In this document: one piece after another, positions 36,128-49,206 of the stretch
Numbering within the stretch: the stretch's first letter is position 1
Layout: each line of letters starts with the position of its first letter
From: Basidiobolus meristosporus CBS 931.73
Lineage: Eukaryota > Fungi > Basidiobolomycota
Assembly (NCBI GenBank): GCA_002104905.1
Contig: MCFE01000338.1
Span: forward strand, 28,228-92,227
Direction: 5' to 3'
Length of the DNA: 64,000 nt
Position numbers and translations under genes: made by a program
The notes under the pieces: generated by a model
Databases searched by the model: none
What the model was told of the DNA's origin: nothing
The model's input: only the letters and a program-made list of their open reading frames with translations

Positions 36128-38198
36128 TTAATTGAGCTTGAAGCAATCGACTGGAAATCCATCTCCTGCCCATTTCCCCACCTCCACCATCAACTTCCGT
36201 TTTTTGTCGAGGCTGTTTTCGCTTCTCAATTCGAATAAGGTAGTCAAGTTGAATAGAATCGTCTCAGAATTCCCGGCGGTGGAAGGTGCAAACGAAATCA
36301 GGGTTTCCAACGTATCGATGGCTTTATCGATTCTACCTAGATAGAGGGAGCAGATCGCGAAATTGTTTGCAGCCTAGCAGATGTTTGGGATAAGTAAGGG
36401 AAAGATAGTGAGCTACCGAGTGGGTCATACCGCCGGATTCTTGTGATTGATCTTCAGAACACGATCCAGAGTCATGCATGCATCTTCCCACTTTCCCTCA
36501 GCCATTTGGATATACGAGCTATTCGCACAGAGTCAACCACCAATTCTCCCGACAACAAAAATGAACGGCATTACCTATTCAACAGTACAACCTCCTCAAG
36601 GGGGTCTTGTTCAGTCGCCAAATTTTCGACGCGTTTGAAAGCAACCTGAGCTTGCTTTAGGTTTCCAGCCTGGAAAACAGACCGATATTAACATGCTGGT
36701 ATTACAAAGTGCAGTATAGAATACCCAAATATATCTTGCCTGAATGTAAAGACGCCCCAATGCCGACCACACTTCAGGTTGATTCTTGAATCTTCGACAT
36801 ATCTGATCCATCAGCAGGGTTGCTGCATTGTTATCCTGCCAGAATTGGGAATGCGCTTCGGTGAGATACTGCGATTGAAAGTGGTTTGGCTTTAGGCGTA
36901 CCTTCATCTCGATCAACTGGTTAACGATCATGAGGGATAGTTGAGATTCTCTCTCAAACCATCTTTTTTGCTCTAGAAAACCGAGGGGTTTAACGATGGG
37001 GGAGATTTTCTGAGCCATGGTGAGATCGATGTACCTTCAGCATTCTCGGTCTTTCGCATCAATAGCTGGTTCTAGAAAATTCAACTTCGGTATCAGCACA
37101 TTCCTGTTTCGGTATACAATGACAATAGGTTTGGACCTTTTTACAGATAAAAATGATTTTGTATAATCTATTGATGGTTTCCTCGATGTTTCCCATAAAG
37201 CCAGGAAGTCTGGCCGAAAGCACTGATAGCTCGAATGGAACTAATGAACCAGGCGCATGCTCAGGATACAAATCTGGATAGCTTTCGTAGTTGAATTTTG
37301 GGGAATTCAAGTCTCCCAATCGAGCCAATTCTCCAGCCGCCAAAGAATGCATTTTGAGTTTAACCAGGGACAAAGTTCTGCAAAACCAGAGCTATAGTGG
37401 GCGATAAGTGTTCGTGTGAGCCCGCTGTGAAGTGCAGCCGCATTCAAACCAAAATATTTACAAATAGAATTTTCTCCAAGTCTGTGGGAGTCGCATTGAT
37501 AAGTTGCTTGCGGGAGAATACTGCCAAACTTCTCCAAGCATTCTGCTTCTATAAACATGTTCATTCACGGAGCTATAAGTATCCGACTTGTGACGGTCAA
37601 ACACTGAATATTCCCCCTCACCATCATTTCGTACACTGCTTCCTGATCTTCTCGATTATCAAAGGGCTTTTTAACTGATAACGAACGCCTCCGATGATCT
37701 GTGGTAGCATGTCGGGTGAGCATATCAGTGAGAGGATCATTCTGCAAGCATAGAGTGAGATTATTAATAGGCTTCAACAGTTGATGAAAGTACGTGCGTT
37801 ACGTTGGGTATATCGTAAAAAAGGGTGCTTGAGGTTAAGTTTGGAATCTCCGTTTGTGAGCTAATAAAACAAGAGGAATTAGCTTATCTACTAGCCACCA
37901 TAGCTTCATTGGAGAAGAGAGTGACCACTATCAACCTTGTTCTCTCGATGTTAGTTCCGTTCAAATTTCGTTGGGGTAACTGCGGGGTTGAGCTTGAATT
38001 GGAGAATACAGAAGGGGAATTCAAGTTTATAGAAGAGTTCTCTGAGGGTATGTTGGTATTTAATGACAAGCTGGTGGGCGGTATATCGGCGAGTTGTTCG
38101 TGAATCGGACTGGTAGGGGAAAATAGTAGGTTGTCAGCTTGCTGGTTTGAAGCTGCCTCCGTTTCTTGGGTAGGAATCAAGGGGCTTAACGGATCCAT
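36128..38198 (-). CDS. TRAPPC12: TRAPP complex subunit 12 (TPR protein), multi-exon
   Basis: GSLVPFELSVLSARLP; C-terminal LFNLTTLFELRSENSLDKKRKL...GDGFPVDCFKL. Confidence 0.85.
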
Positions 38199-38986
38199 CT
38201 CTTATAACGTTACTGTCCAAGTGTAATTAAATCTGTGGAAGCGAACCGTAGATAGTATAGTAGGTGTTTAGTTCATGCGCAGAGAGCATTAACATTTGTT
38301 CATTAAAATATCGTAGATTTTCAAATATAGATAATTGATGAGTATGGCATATTTATTTATTTATTGACAGGTGATTGAGGGCTTCAAGACATTTACGCGC
38401 AATGGCGGATGTTCTCCAACCTACTGCAATGCAATGCCTTGACAAAACGACGCAAATATTACCCATATACAACTGACAATGTAGTCTAAAGAGTAAGCCA
38501 GAGTTGTTGGGTTGTATGAAAGATATCAGCCAATCTGATACACTGCGCCACTGTCAGATACCCAGATATCAAGAATGCACTCTGCTGAGGCGTTTATGGT
38601 ATTCATGTTCTAGTTTATCAAAGACACAGATTAACGGACGGGTTGCAAACTGATCGATAACGAAAACCCAAAGAAAACGCAGGTTGTACAAACAAGGTCT
38701 TGAATGAAAATTGGTTAGATTACTGCCTAAACATGGATTGCTACCTAAATCATTCCGAAGATAGACAGATTGAGACCACTCAATGCATCCTTAATCATCC
38801 TTAATTACAAGAAAATCTACAGTTTTATTTTGACGGCTGAAACAGCGAATTTACCCTGCTTATCGAATATGGTATTTCCTGTTCTAGATCAACTATTTTA
38901 CAGATCACTAATAACAGATAGTCAGTTGGATGAGTGGAGGGGTGGGCGTGTGGATGTGTGAATTAGAGTTGTGCTTTCGATGGTTG

Positions 38987-40232
38987 TCAGCATTCTTTCA
39001 GATCGTTTTGCCGTATTGAGACTGGGATCTGGTTCTGCTGTAGATAGGATTCGAACAATGTGTTGAATATTTGCGTCTCATTTTTGTGCAGTACTTCGTC
39101 AAGGTTCTTTTGCATATACGTATCAGCCATGTAGTAGCCGTTGATCTCTCCTTTCATTCTCCATGCTATGTCCCCTGTGCTATCTGTATTTACTAGTACA
39201 GATTGCGCTTGTGTAGAGCCTCGGAAAGTATCGCAAGTATCCTTTCTACTGGATGCCTCCAAAGCCGAGTTCAATTCAGTAAATGAAAATCTTGTATCGT
39301 GTCTGGTTTGAGTGTCTTGATAAGAGGTTTGGTGCTGTCCAGCTTCCTCATCGGAAATTATCTCGCTCACTTCATGGTACACTGGTTGATGAAGCATTTT
39401 TTGTGGTGGAGAGTATAAGGGCTCGGAATAATGACTGTCAATGGACTTCCGCTTGTTCTCGAGGTATTTAGGTGTGACATTAGGTAGAGACCTGCCGACG
39501 AGCACGTTAGTCAGCTATGCTGGTTGAGAGTTGATCACGATACTACTCACGATTTGTTTAGCATTTTACTCCCTCTGCGGATTCGAATTCGGGCGCCTTG
39601 GTCTGAAAATGACCGGGACAGGAAGGTGGACTCCTCCATTCCCGGGAACCCCTTGGATGAGTATACAGTGAAGACGTTTGAGTAGGCGCATTTCATCAAG
39701 ATAGATTGTCCACTTGAGTAACTATGAATTAGTAACATTCAATCGAAGCCGCAGGTTGGTTTACATACGAGATTATTTCGTAAAGCTTGAACTTTAACCG
39801 GAAGTTCCCCTCCACCCGAACCGATATCTCTGGAAAGATGAAGAATCCGCCGTATGTATTGTCGATATCCTTCAGTTTGTACAAGGAGGAGCATAGAGTC
39901 CCGCAAATGGCGGTGACTGGGATGGACTCCTCCATCACATCGGCAGGTCCCACCAACTCTGCAAGCATAAACAACCCTGGGTGCTGAAGCAGGCATCTGT
40001 AATGAACCAGTCAGAACCAAAGCCGGGGGGGGTGATGCTTGTGTAGGCTTGCTACTTACTCGATATCTTCTGGATCGTCGCTACCAATCCTGACTTGGAC
40101 AATGGGTGGCGGGTCCATCGGTTTCTCGCCGATTTTATCTTTAATGCTGCTACGCTTTGCTCGCTTTGGTTGCTGACGAACTACCAGCGAGTAATCACTA
40201 TCAATAGCCAAAATATCAGAGGCAGGTAACAT
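38987..40232 (-). CDS. Velvet-domain regulator (VosA/VelB-like), multi-exon; start uncertain
   Basis: YSLVVRQQP, MDPPPIVQ, GTLCSSLYKLKDIDNTYGGFFIFPEISVRVEGNFRLKFKLYEI, VYSSKGFPGMEESTFLSRSFSDQGARIRIR. Confidence 0.92.
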
Positions 40233-42917
40233 TGAATTCAATGACGGAGTCGGACGTACTTATGGGGGTTCTCTCCGTAGTATTCATCAATGGTGATGAA
40301 GTTATGATGTGCATTTGCTATGGACATTGGCGAAAAATATGGCAACTCCTCGCCTCCTGGTCCTGGTTTTTATACGAAATCGATTGGCCTGTGAGGCTGT
40401 CAGATAAAGTTCGATCATAGAAAAATCGACTTTCCATGTGGGGCCAGACTGGTACACAAACCCAGACATCCACATTTAAAGCAAAGCCGTGTCAGGCGAA
40501 AACTAGTCGAGTGGTGAGCAAGGAGTATTCGTGGTGGCTCTCCTCTTTCCTTCTTGAGAATTCGTCACAGACTGCTCAATTTATCCACAAGGAGCGAACC
40601 TCCGGCAGCCAGGACAGAGCGGATATATCAGAAGAGAATGGTGATGCGATGTGGCTCGTACAAATCAATCGGAAGTGTATGCCAGACATGAATCTAGTGC
40701 TACAACTGAAGCCTCGTTTTTGTGGCTCACCGTTACTGCCGACACCACATTCCGAGATCTCATTATTGGCATTCATTTATCTAGAAAAGGATTCAAGATT
40801 GTCGAGCGATACGTAATCAAGATAACAAATTCCACTTGAAGCGCAACCAGTATCAGCTATTCCAGATGATGCAAACGATGATCTGGGTCAACCATCAGCC
40901 TATCAGCAGCCGTACCAGTCATCAGAAGCCAATCTAGTTTCCAAACAGCTTCCGCTCCTAGACTAAATCATTTAAGAAACATGGCGATTCCAAGGATTTA
41001 GAAAATGCGCCGTTGTATGCCGCAGAGGCTAGTCCAACCCACAATACATCATTTGGTACACTTTCTAGATCAGGGTTGGTTGGCGTATCACTCAAGCAGC
41101 AATATTCCTGTTCACCTCCAATCCAACCCCGTAAGCTTCCTAACCTGCTCCTCGATGTCCAGACAGCCTATAGCCGCAACACCCATTGGTGCTCGGCCGG
41201 TCACCTCACAAACTCTCCAGTGGTTGGAGCCAAGTAAATGGTGGTTGAAATCAGCCAAAAGATGGCGTTCTAGAATTCGCTTGTGTAAAATCGAAACATT
41301 GTCCAAAACGTCATTGCCTTGTGTGGTATCGCATGATTGTATGAGTATAGATGAATGAAGTTGGGGTATCAGTAATAATATAGATCACAGGGAGCGGACG
41401 CTGTGCCCATGGCCTAATAAAGGCTAATTGGCTCTGGCTTATTGGATCTAAACATATTGACGGTCGAGGGCGATGAGCAAGTGGAGGGTGGTAAGCCATT
41501 AATATATGATGCCTAAGCTTGATTCCATTCTATTAATGTCATCTATACATATGTAGATACAACACGGTAAGAGGCTGAATGGGTTGAGGGTGGTTTGAGA
41601 GTATTCAACGTATCTGTACCAACCCTGGAAAGCGTGAAGTCATGCGTGAATTGAATGCTGATGTCGTACTTTGGAGGAAAACAGGGACCAATTATGTCGT
41701 ACTGTGTGCTCTGCCGATTTTGCACTTGCGGTTTCAGCTTCCTATCCAAGCCTAGATCTTGCATTACATACATCGCGCTAAACCACCATTTTGTGATCCA
41801 TGCCTAGGTCAGCTGCATCCTGGGGAGATATTCACATTTATCGTGCACTCTCTACATTCCATCGGTTGTATGCATAGGAATAAGGGGCTACGTGGCTGCC
41901 TTCACACCAATGTATTTAAGTCTTAATATGCTGTTGCGAGGGTTGAAATAACCAATCATTATTTGCAGCATGTGAAGAAGCCATTTACTCATGAATTCCT
42001 CACAGTTATAGATATACTGAGCTAGGATGCCATTGAGTCTTGCAAATACCAAAAGTATACACACTTTAACTTATATTGGGCTGCAAATGCAAACTGGAAT
42101 ATGCAGAGTTAGTATTGCGTTTTGCACATTGTAACTTCACACTTGGTCATCTTCCTGGATATTCATTTGGGCTCTAAATCTATTCCAGGTGATGGCTTCA
42201 TCAAACATTGCACATATCTCTGTAAGCGTATATGCCGTGCTCAGAGCTCTACCAAAGCAAAACTATCCTTCATTATCAAGCAGACAAAGCTTGTTCACTC
42301 CATTTTGAAAAAGGTACAAGGGCCATAGTCCCACAAGTGTACAGTTTCTCTAGTTTAGATTTGGCATCACTCCACAAAATAGCAAGACATTCTGTAATAC
42401 ATACACTGAACTCATGGCTTGTATTAGAGGTGTGGTGGAAATTTCTAATATATATACTATGCAGATTGGCAGGCTAAGTTCTGCTTTTGTGATGGTGATT
42501 AATACTTTGTAAACATGTTCTGGATCCGATTTGTGGTGATGTTAGGTATCTTAGTTTGGGGACTTGGAGAGGTGAACAGTCATTGGAGCATTAAGATGTG
42601 TCCATACACTTACAATTTGGAAGTAGTTCAAAGCTACTGAGGTGTCTTAGATAAAGTGGTAGGATTTGTATTTGCACCTAAATATTGACATTTACTTGAA
42701 CACAGACAGCAACTTACACACTTACTTGCTCTTTGCATTTACTTATTCATCACTATTATGTAGGATGAATGGTGCATGAAAATGAAATTTACAAATGACA
42801 AAGTACTGACTTGACATTCAGTAATAGTTGGTAAAGAGCTCTTACTTTCCATTCATACAAATTGGTTTATTCCTGTTGAATCTTTAGATGTAACACAATA
42901 TAGATTGTACTAACATG

Positions 42918-43570
42918 TGTTGTAAGAGTTTTGGAAATTTTGGAAGTGATTGGAGAATAAGTAAATTATGTGGTTTTCACTTAATGATTTATTGAATTAA
43001 AAGTGGTAAATACTCTTTTAAATGGCCTTGGCAAGGAAAACATGTAGAAAATGCCTAGGAGCCATCAAGAGAATGTGTGCAGAATTTGGGGTAGTTTGGA
43101 CAACTTTGAGAATTCTCATGTTCTGGGCACCTGATGTTTTGGTGAGAATATTCCAAGTAAATCCCAACAAGGCGTTTGGTCAGTATATGCTAAGATTTGT
43201 TGGTAATGATCTAAGTCACTAAGTTTGGTGAATAATTGGGTGATATTGCAAATATCTATAACACTCCCACTAAACTAAATATTCATATCAACTGATCTAA
43301 TGGTGATCTACAATTTTCAAATTTGTCTTTAGCTAATGGTTTGAATATATGTGTCTGCAATCACTTTATATATAGGACAGTAAGCTAAGTCTACTAAGTA
43401 TTAGCCATAGCTTCATGTATGAAATGATGACCAATATAAAGATCCTTATTCAAGCATGAAAAGTTGGACTTCTGCCTAATTGTATACATCCTTGATTTTC
43501 TTGATATAATGCAAAAGGGGCTTTTATGTTGTAATTATTAAGTTGTCACCTGAGTATTCATGCCAACTTA
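42918..43570 (-). mobile_element. Ty1/copia remnant: 3' LTR (42918-43263), polypurine tract and RNase H C-terminus
   Basis: TG...CA LTR of 346 bp; minus-strand PPT agtgggag abuts it; degraded KHIDI/ADIFTKPL region. Confidence 0.85.
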
Positions 43571-43854
43571 GTCACATAGATCTTATTCTGTAAATAGCAT
43601 ACTGTCCTGGCCAAGTTTCTTGTTGGGATTCACTTGAAATATCTTTGCCAAATTCTTGGGCACCCAGATAAATGAGCTTTCTCAAAGTTGTCCAAAAGTG
43701 ACCAGACTTTGTGCACATTATCTTGGAACCTTTCTTAACAGACTGGATATTCCCTTGTCTTACTTTATCAAAAGTATCTATACCATACTTTTGATCAATA
43801 AATTTCCAAGTTAATAACATATATATTCTCTAGTTCTCCACACCACCTCCAATA

Positions 43855-44480
43855 TGTTGTAAAAATTTGTAATTCCACCTAAATATTCTCCTAACTTAGT
43901 CACTTAGATCATTACCTTCAAATCCTAGAGAATACTGACCAAATTGCTTGTCAGGATTTACTTAGAATATTTTTACCAAAATACCAGGTACCCAGAACAT
44001 GAAAATTTTCATAAGTTGTCCAAACTAGCCCCAAACCTTGCACACATGTTCTTGGGACCTTCCTGTAGCCTATTCTACGTGTCTTGTAGGGACAAGATCA
44101 TGTCAAAGTATAAATACTACTTTTACATTCAATAAATCATTAAGTGAAAACCACATAATCTACTTGTCCTCCAAATCACTTCCTATATCTCAAAGACTCT
44201 AACAACAGGTAATGAGCCACAAGCTGTCACTCTCTGCAAGGTCTACAACTGCAATTACTGGAATTTTTCCCTCTGCTGAAAAGTTGGATGGATCTAACTA
44301 CCAAGTGTTGAAGGTGAAGATGAAGATGCTGCTACAAGAAAGAGGCCTTTGGGATATCATCATGGGAGCAGAATGCCCTCCTAAAAATGTGGGAGAGGAA
44401 GCCTTAAAGTACCAGAAGAAAGAACAAAGTGCCTTTAACTGCCTTTGCCTTAATGTTAAGGAAAAATTGCTAATTCAATG
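43855..44480 (+). mobile_element. Ty1/copia 5' LTR (43855-44207), PBS and truncated gag
   Basis: tgttgtaaaa...aacaaca, then ggtaatgagcc; gag EKLDGSNYQV.KVKMKMLLQERGLWDII. Confidence 0.85.
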
Positions 44481-44970
44481 CTTAAGAGCAAGGTTGGTGG
44501 TGTTTAGTAGTGAGAACTGCAGCATTTTTCTCAAACTTTTCTGTCTCAGGCCTGTGCAGACCTTTGTTTCTTTCCCTTTCTCTTTTCCTTCACCTTACCA
44601 CTTTCAGGTCCTTCACTACTACTTTGTCTGAGTGCCCCTTATGTTGTGCTATGTTTTTGCCTTGATAAATGCTTCACTGGAGCATCTGCTTCTACTTATC
44701 TGTCCCTTACTGGCACTCTTCTTGCTACATGATGTTTCTTTGCTGCTTATAGTTATTGTTCAGCCATTATTGTGATGAGATCTTGAGGAAGCCACTGATT
44801 TCTGGATCCTGTATCATTGATCTTCAGCCTTTTACAAGCTCTGCTATTCAATGATATCTTCTTACAATACCACTACTAAAAAAAAGTCTGTTTGCTTATT
44901 TGCATATAGCAAAATACACATAAAGTATTTTGAATGCATTCTGCCAGGCCTTTTGTTTCTGACAGTCCTA

Positions 44971-45396
44971 TGTACAGTAAGAGTCTTGGAGATATTATAA
45001 GTGGTTGGGAGAACAAGTAGATTATGTGGCTTTTATTCAATGATTTACTGAAAGTAAAAGTAGAATTTATACTATTCCATACTGTTGGCAAAATAAGCAT
45101 ATGGAGTATGCCTGGGCAGGCTCCCAGAATATGTGCACAAAGTTTGGGGCTTTTTGGACACCTTTGAGAAATTTAACATCATGGGTACCTGATTTTATGA
45201 AAGATATTTGGGTCCAAGTCTGGGGCTGCCTGGACAACTTTGAGAATTTTCATGTTCTGGGTACCTGATATTTTGAAAAGAACATCTAAGTTAGTCCCAA
45301 CAAGGAATATGGTCAGTATTCTCCAAGATTTGTAGGTGAAGTTCAAAGTAATCAAGTTGGGTGAATATTTAGGTGGAATTGCAAATTTTTATAACA
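44971..45396 (-). repeat. Copia-family LTR with an internal ~75-bp tandem duplication
   Basis: Homologous to the LTRs at 42918 and 45468; duplicated aag(t)ttggggct...ggtacctgat block. Confidence 0.8.
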
Positions 45397-45467
45397 CTCT
45401 GGTACACCAGCCTTGAGATGATGGCATGCTGGACTTCTTGCAGCCTCTTCAATATTAGCCATGTATC

Positions 45468-46365
45468 TGTTGTAAGAGTCTTGGAGATATTAGAAGTGAT
45501 TGGGAGAACAAGTAGATTATGTGGTTTCACTTAATGATTTATTGAATGTAAAAGTAGTATTTATACTTTTACCTGGTCTTGGCATTACAAACATGTAGAA
45601 TAGGCTAAGGAAGGTCCCAAGAGCATGTGTGCAAAGTTTGGGGCTGTCTGGACAACTGTGAGAATTTTCATGTTCTGGGTACCTGGTATTTTGGTGAAAA
45701 TATTCTAAGTAAATCCTGACAAGGAATTTGGTCAGTATTCTCTAGGACTTGAAGGTAATGATCTAAGTGACTAAGTTAGGTGAATATTTAGGTGGAAATA
45801 CAAATTTTTACAACACTCCCACTCAGCTAAATGTTCATACTGACTAGTCCTAATTTTGACCTAAGATATTCAAACTTGTCTCTAGCTAATGGTTTGGTAA
45901 ATATATCTGCAATCATTTCATCTGTAGGACAGTAAGCTAAGCTAAATAAGTTATTCTCTATAGCTTCACATATGAAATGATGTCTAATATCTATGTGCTT
46001 AGTTCTAGCATGAAAAGTTGGATTTCTACCTAATTGTATACATCCTTGATTATCTTGAAATAAAGTAATAGGTGTTTTTTGACATAGACCTAAATCTGTA
46101 AACAGCTTTCTTAACCACATTGCTTCTTTTATAGCTTCACAGGCTGCCATATACTCTGCCTCTGTGGTGGAAAGTGCTACGGTTGGTTGCTTTCTTGAAT
46201 TCCATGAAATTGCTCCTTTACAGTAAAGAAAGGTGTATCCTGTGGTGGATCTTCTGTCTTCCAAATTTTGTCCCCAGTCAGCATCAGAGTATCCTACAAG
46301 ATCCTGTTCTGAATCCTTGTAAGTGTATCTTAAGCAGATGCCTGCAGTTCCTTTTAAATATCTAA
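45468..46365 (-). mobile_element. Ty1/copia 3' LTR (45468-45815) and RNase H
   Basis: RSTTGY, ISWNSRKQPTVALSTTEAEYMA, DNQGCI, HARTKHIDIRHHF, ADIFTKPL. Confidence 0.92.
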
Positions 46366-46957
46366 TTATTCTTATGAAAATTCAAGAAAGCAACTGACCG
46401 TAGCACTTTCTACCACAGAGGAAGAGTATATGGCAGCCTGTGAAGCTGGAAAAGAAGCAATGTGGCTAAGAAAGCTTTTAACAGATTAAGGCCTATATCA
46501 AAAAACATCTATTAACTTATTTCAAGATAATCAAGGTTGTACTTTTGATCAATAAATTTCCAAGTTTATAACATATATATTCTCTAGTTCTCCACACCAC
46601 CTCCAATATGTTGTAAAAATTTGTAATTCCACCTAAATATTCTCCTAACTTAGTCACTTAGATCATTACCTTCAAGTCCTAGAGAATACTGACCAAATTT
46701 GTTGTCAAGATTTACTTAGAATATTTTCACCAAAATAACAGGTACCCAGAACATGAAAATTCTCAAAGCTGTCCAAACAGCCCCAGACTTGGCACACATG
46801 TTCTTGGGACCTTCCTTAACCTATTCTACATGTTTGTTATGCCAATGCCAGGTAAAAGTATAAATACTACTTTTACATTCAATAAATCATTAAGCAAAAA
46901 CTGCATAATGTACTTGTTCTCCCAATCACTTCCAATATCTCCAAGACTCTTACAACA
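46366..46957 (+). mobile_element. Plus-strand copia RNase H fragment, old LTR relic and intact-ended LTR (46609-46957)
   Basis: 46375-46540 is about 88% identical (by eye) to the reverse complement of 46045-46210; LTR tgttgtaaaa...ttacaaca. Confidence 0.85.
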
Positions 46958-47429
46958 GTTTTCATGTGCCGCTGTGCCAGGAACTGAGGATAATCCAAAT
47001 CAGGTGTAAATGACAAAACCTTATTTGACCCAATATAGGTCATTTCTTTTACCTCATATAGGGTCTATATGATGGTAGTAACTGTCCCTGAGCCAAATAG
47101 AGACATATAGTGAAGTTGTCTAAATTAATTAGACTTTTGCCCAAAAATAATGAAACTCCAGATCTGCCATAAATGACAAATCCTTGACTGGGCCAAAAGA
47201 GGGTCCATTTTGCTCAAATAAGATGCATTAGATAGCCCAGAGACTATATATCATTATTACATTCTGACAATCAAAATTATTCATGAGAAATAAATATGAT
47301 GACTCTATAAAAAGGCCATCACAAACTATAAGTGCTGTGACTAAGTGGTACCAATCCCATCAGGCACTGTGCAAAGACTGTCAGAGAGTATTTGCACCCC
47401 AGATTTCACAAAAAACTTAGTATTCAAGT

Positions 47430-48580
47430 GCATGGTATGTCAAATTTGACTTCAATTCCAAGAAAATAGCTCAATTTTCCAACATCATTCATCTCAAACT
47501 TGCTGAAGAGATCTGATTTTGTCTGTTTAAGTGCCTGGGGTCAATTGTTGCTATTACTAGACTGTCCACATAAGTAACTAGGGTGATGACACCCTTTTAG
47601 GCTGTTTCACATATGTACTGGGATCTGCAGTGCTACAGATGAACCAAATTTCTCTAGATATTTATCAATCTGGCTATACTATGCTCTAGGTGCCTGCTTA
47701 AGCTCATACAACAATTTCCCAAGTCTGCACACCTTATGGGGGCCTTCTGTACTGATAAAACTGTCTGGTTGCACCATATACAGTTTCTTGTCAATCCTGA
47801 TCTAGAAAGACTGTTTTGACATCCATTTGGTACGGTTGTCCATTTTTACCATGTACATGGTAAGTTACATCCCTGGATAATTTTGGCAAGAAGTAGTAGT
47901 AAATCCTTAGAGTGCCCATTAGTAATGTTAGTGGAATCCCATCACTTCTCTTGCCACAACTTCACATCTTTCAGCAGTAGATGGATTACTAGGCTTGCTT
48001 GGCTCCATTGTTACAAGTCTTGGTATAAGAGTTGTATAGGAATAGGGAGTTTAGCTAGTATTGTATTCATTAAAACTTGAACTGATCTTTATTGAGATTC
48101 CAGCAGCTCCTTGTATACATTTTGCCAGATCAATTGCTGACTAATTGTATTTCCTAATGTAGGCTGAGGCTGATGACTCATTTAATTGCATCATCATCAC
48201 CCAATAAGATCCTACTTAATATATCTATTTCTGTCTGATAAGGATCTGCTGATTCATTTGCTGACTAATGTTACTGATTTGATAGATAATACTGATACAC
48301 TGATAACCTAAACAAATAACTAATTGATTTGACTAAAAACTGATCTAACTTAAACATTCAAGCAGCTGATCATAACACCATAAAGTATCCTTGGCATTTG
48401 TCTCAATGGGTGCTGTCTCATTGCATATTGGGATGTGACCAGGCTCATATGTAATTCTGTTGTTAGGGGCAATAGGATCACAAAGGTAATAATGCAGACC
48501 CCTCAGGCTCTCAGTCCAGTTGGCATCTGGGAATCTCTGTGGAGCCTTAGCTGCAGACTGACAATAATGATGAGGCAGAT
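47430..48580 (-). mobile_element. Degraded Ty1/copia reverse transcriptase fragment (second family), interrupted by a gypsy solo LTR
   Basis: QMDVK, LYELKQAPRAWY, FEMNDVGKLSYFLGIEV; homologous to 53860-54530. Confidence 0.82.
48009..48377 (-). repeat. Ty3/gypsy solo LTR with 4-bp target-site duplication CCAT
   Basis: TG...CA ends; homologous to 54924-55456 and 62348-62768; ccat on both flanks; empty site ctccatggagtatcc at ~54434. Confidence 0.85.
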
Positions 48581-49206
48581 GACAATGTAGCAAAAGTAGT
48601 ACATTCAGTTGAAAACCAGCAAGTGGCTGTCATAACATCACCACCACCTACAATAGCAAGTACGTTGTTGGCTCATACCAAAGAATCAATGAGGTAATTA
48701 GGTGCAGTGGCTGATAGGATAGATGCAATGGCCCCAAGAAAACAGGAAATAGTCCAGAAGCAGGATGAGCACATAGAAGTTGTAGAGCAATCAATATCCC
48801 AGGTAGGGAAAGCAGTATCTTTGCTGCAAAGAAGGAACTTGAGTAGCCCAATGTCACAGCTACAAATTGAGCCATTGCCCAATGAAACAGCAGAGGAACA
48901 CTGTAGAGTCTTTGAAGTGCAACAACAGTGGCCAAAGATGAAGCCCATAGAAAAATCTATCACAGCATAGGAGGGAGACAATGTGGTGTTTATACAAGAG
49001 CCTAAAAATCAAAGGGCATTGAAGATCTGTGAAGCTGTTGAGTGCATGATGAAGAGTGGGTTAATATTCAAGTGGCTGTTGGTAGTCTAGTGTGCCATCA
49101 CACCAGGGGAACACTAGGAACTCAAGGTCAAGCAGAATGTGCTTGACTTGCTCCATGAGCATTATTCTGGATTCAAACAAGCAAACAGATTTTGGGCCAG
49201 CATTGG

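Noticed and set aside
40436-41499. Several 60-126-aa ORFs upstream of the velvet gene
   Set aside because: Overlapping on both strands with no motif; not supportable as genes.
46958-47430. Possible LINE or other TE coding fragment
   Set aside because: CpG-depleted like its neighbours, but no diagnostic motif could be read in any frame.
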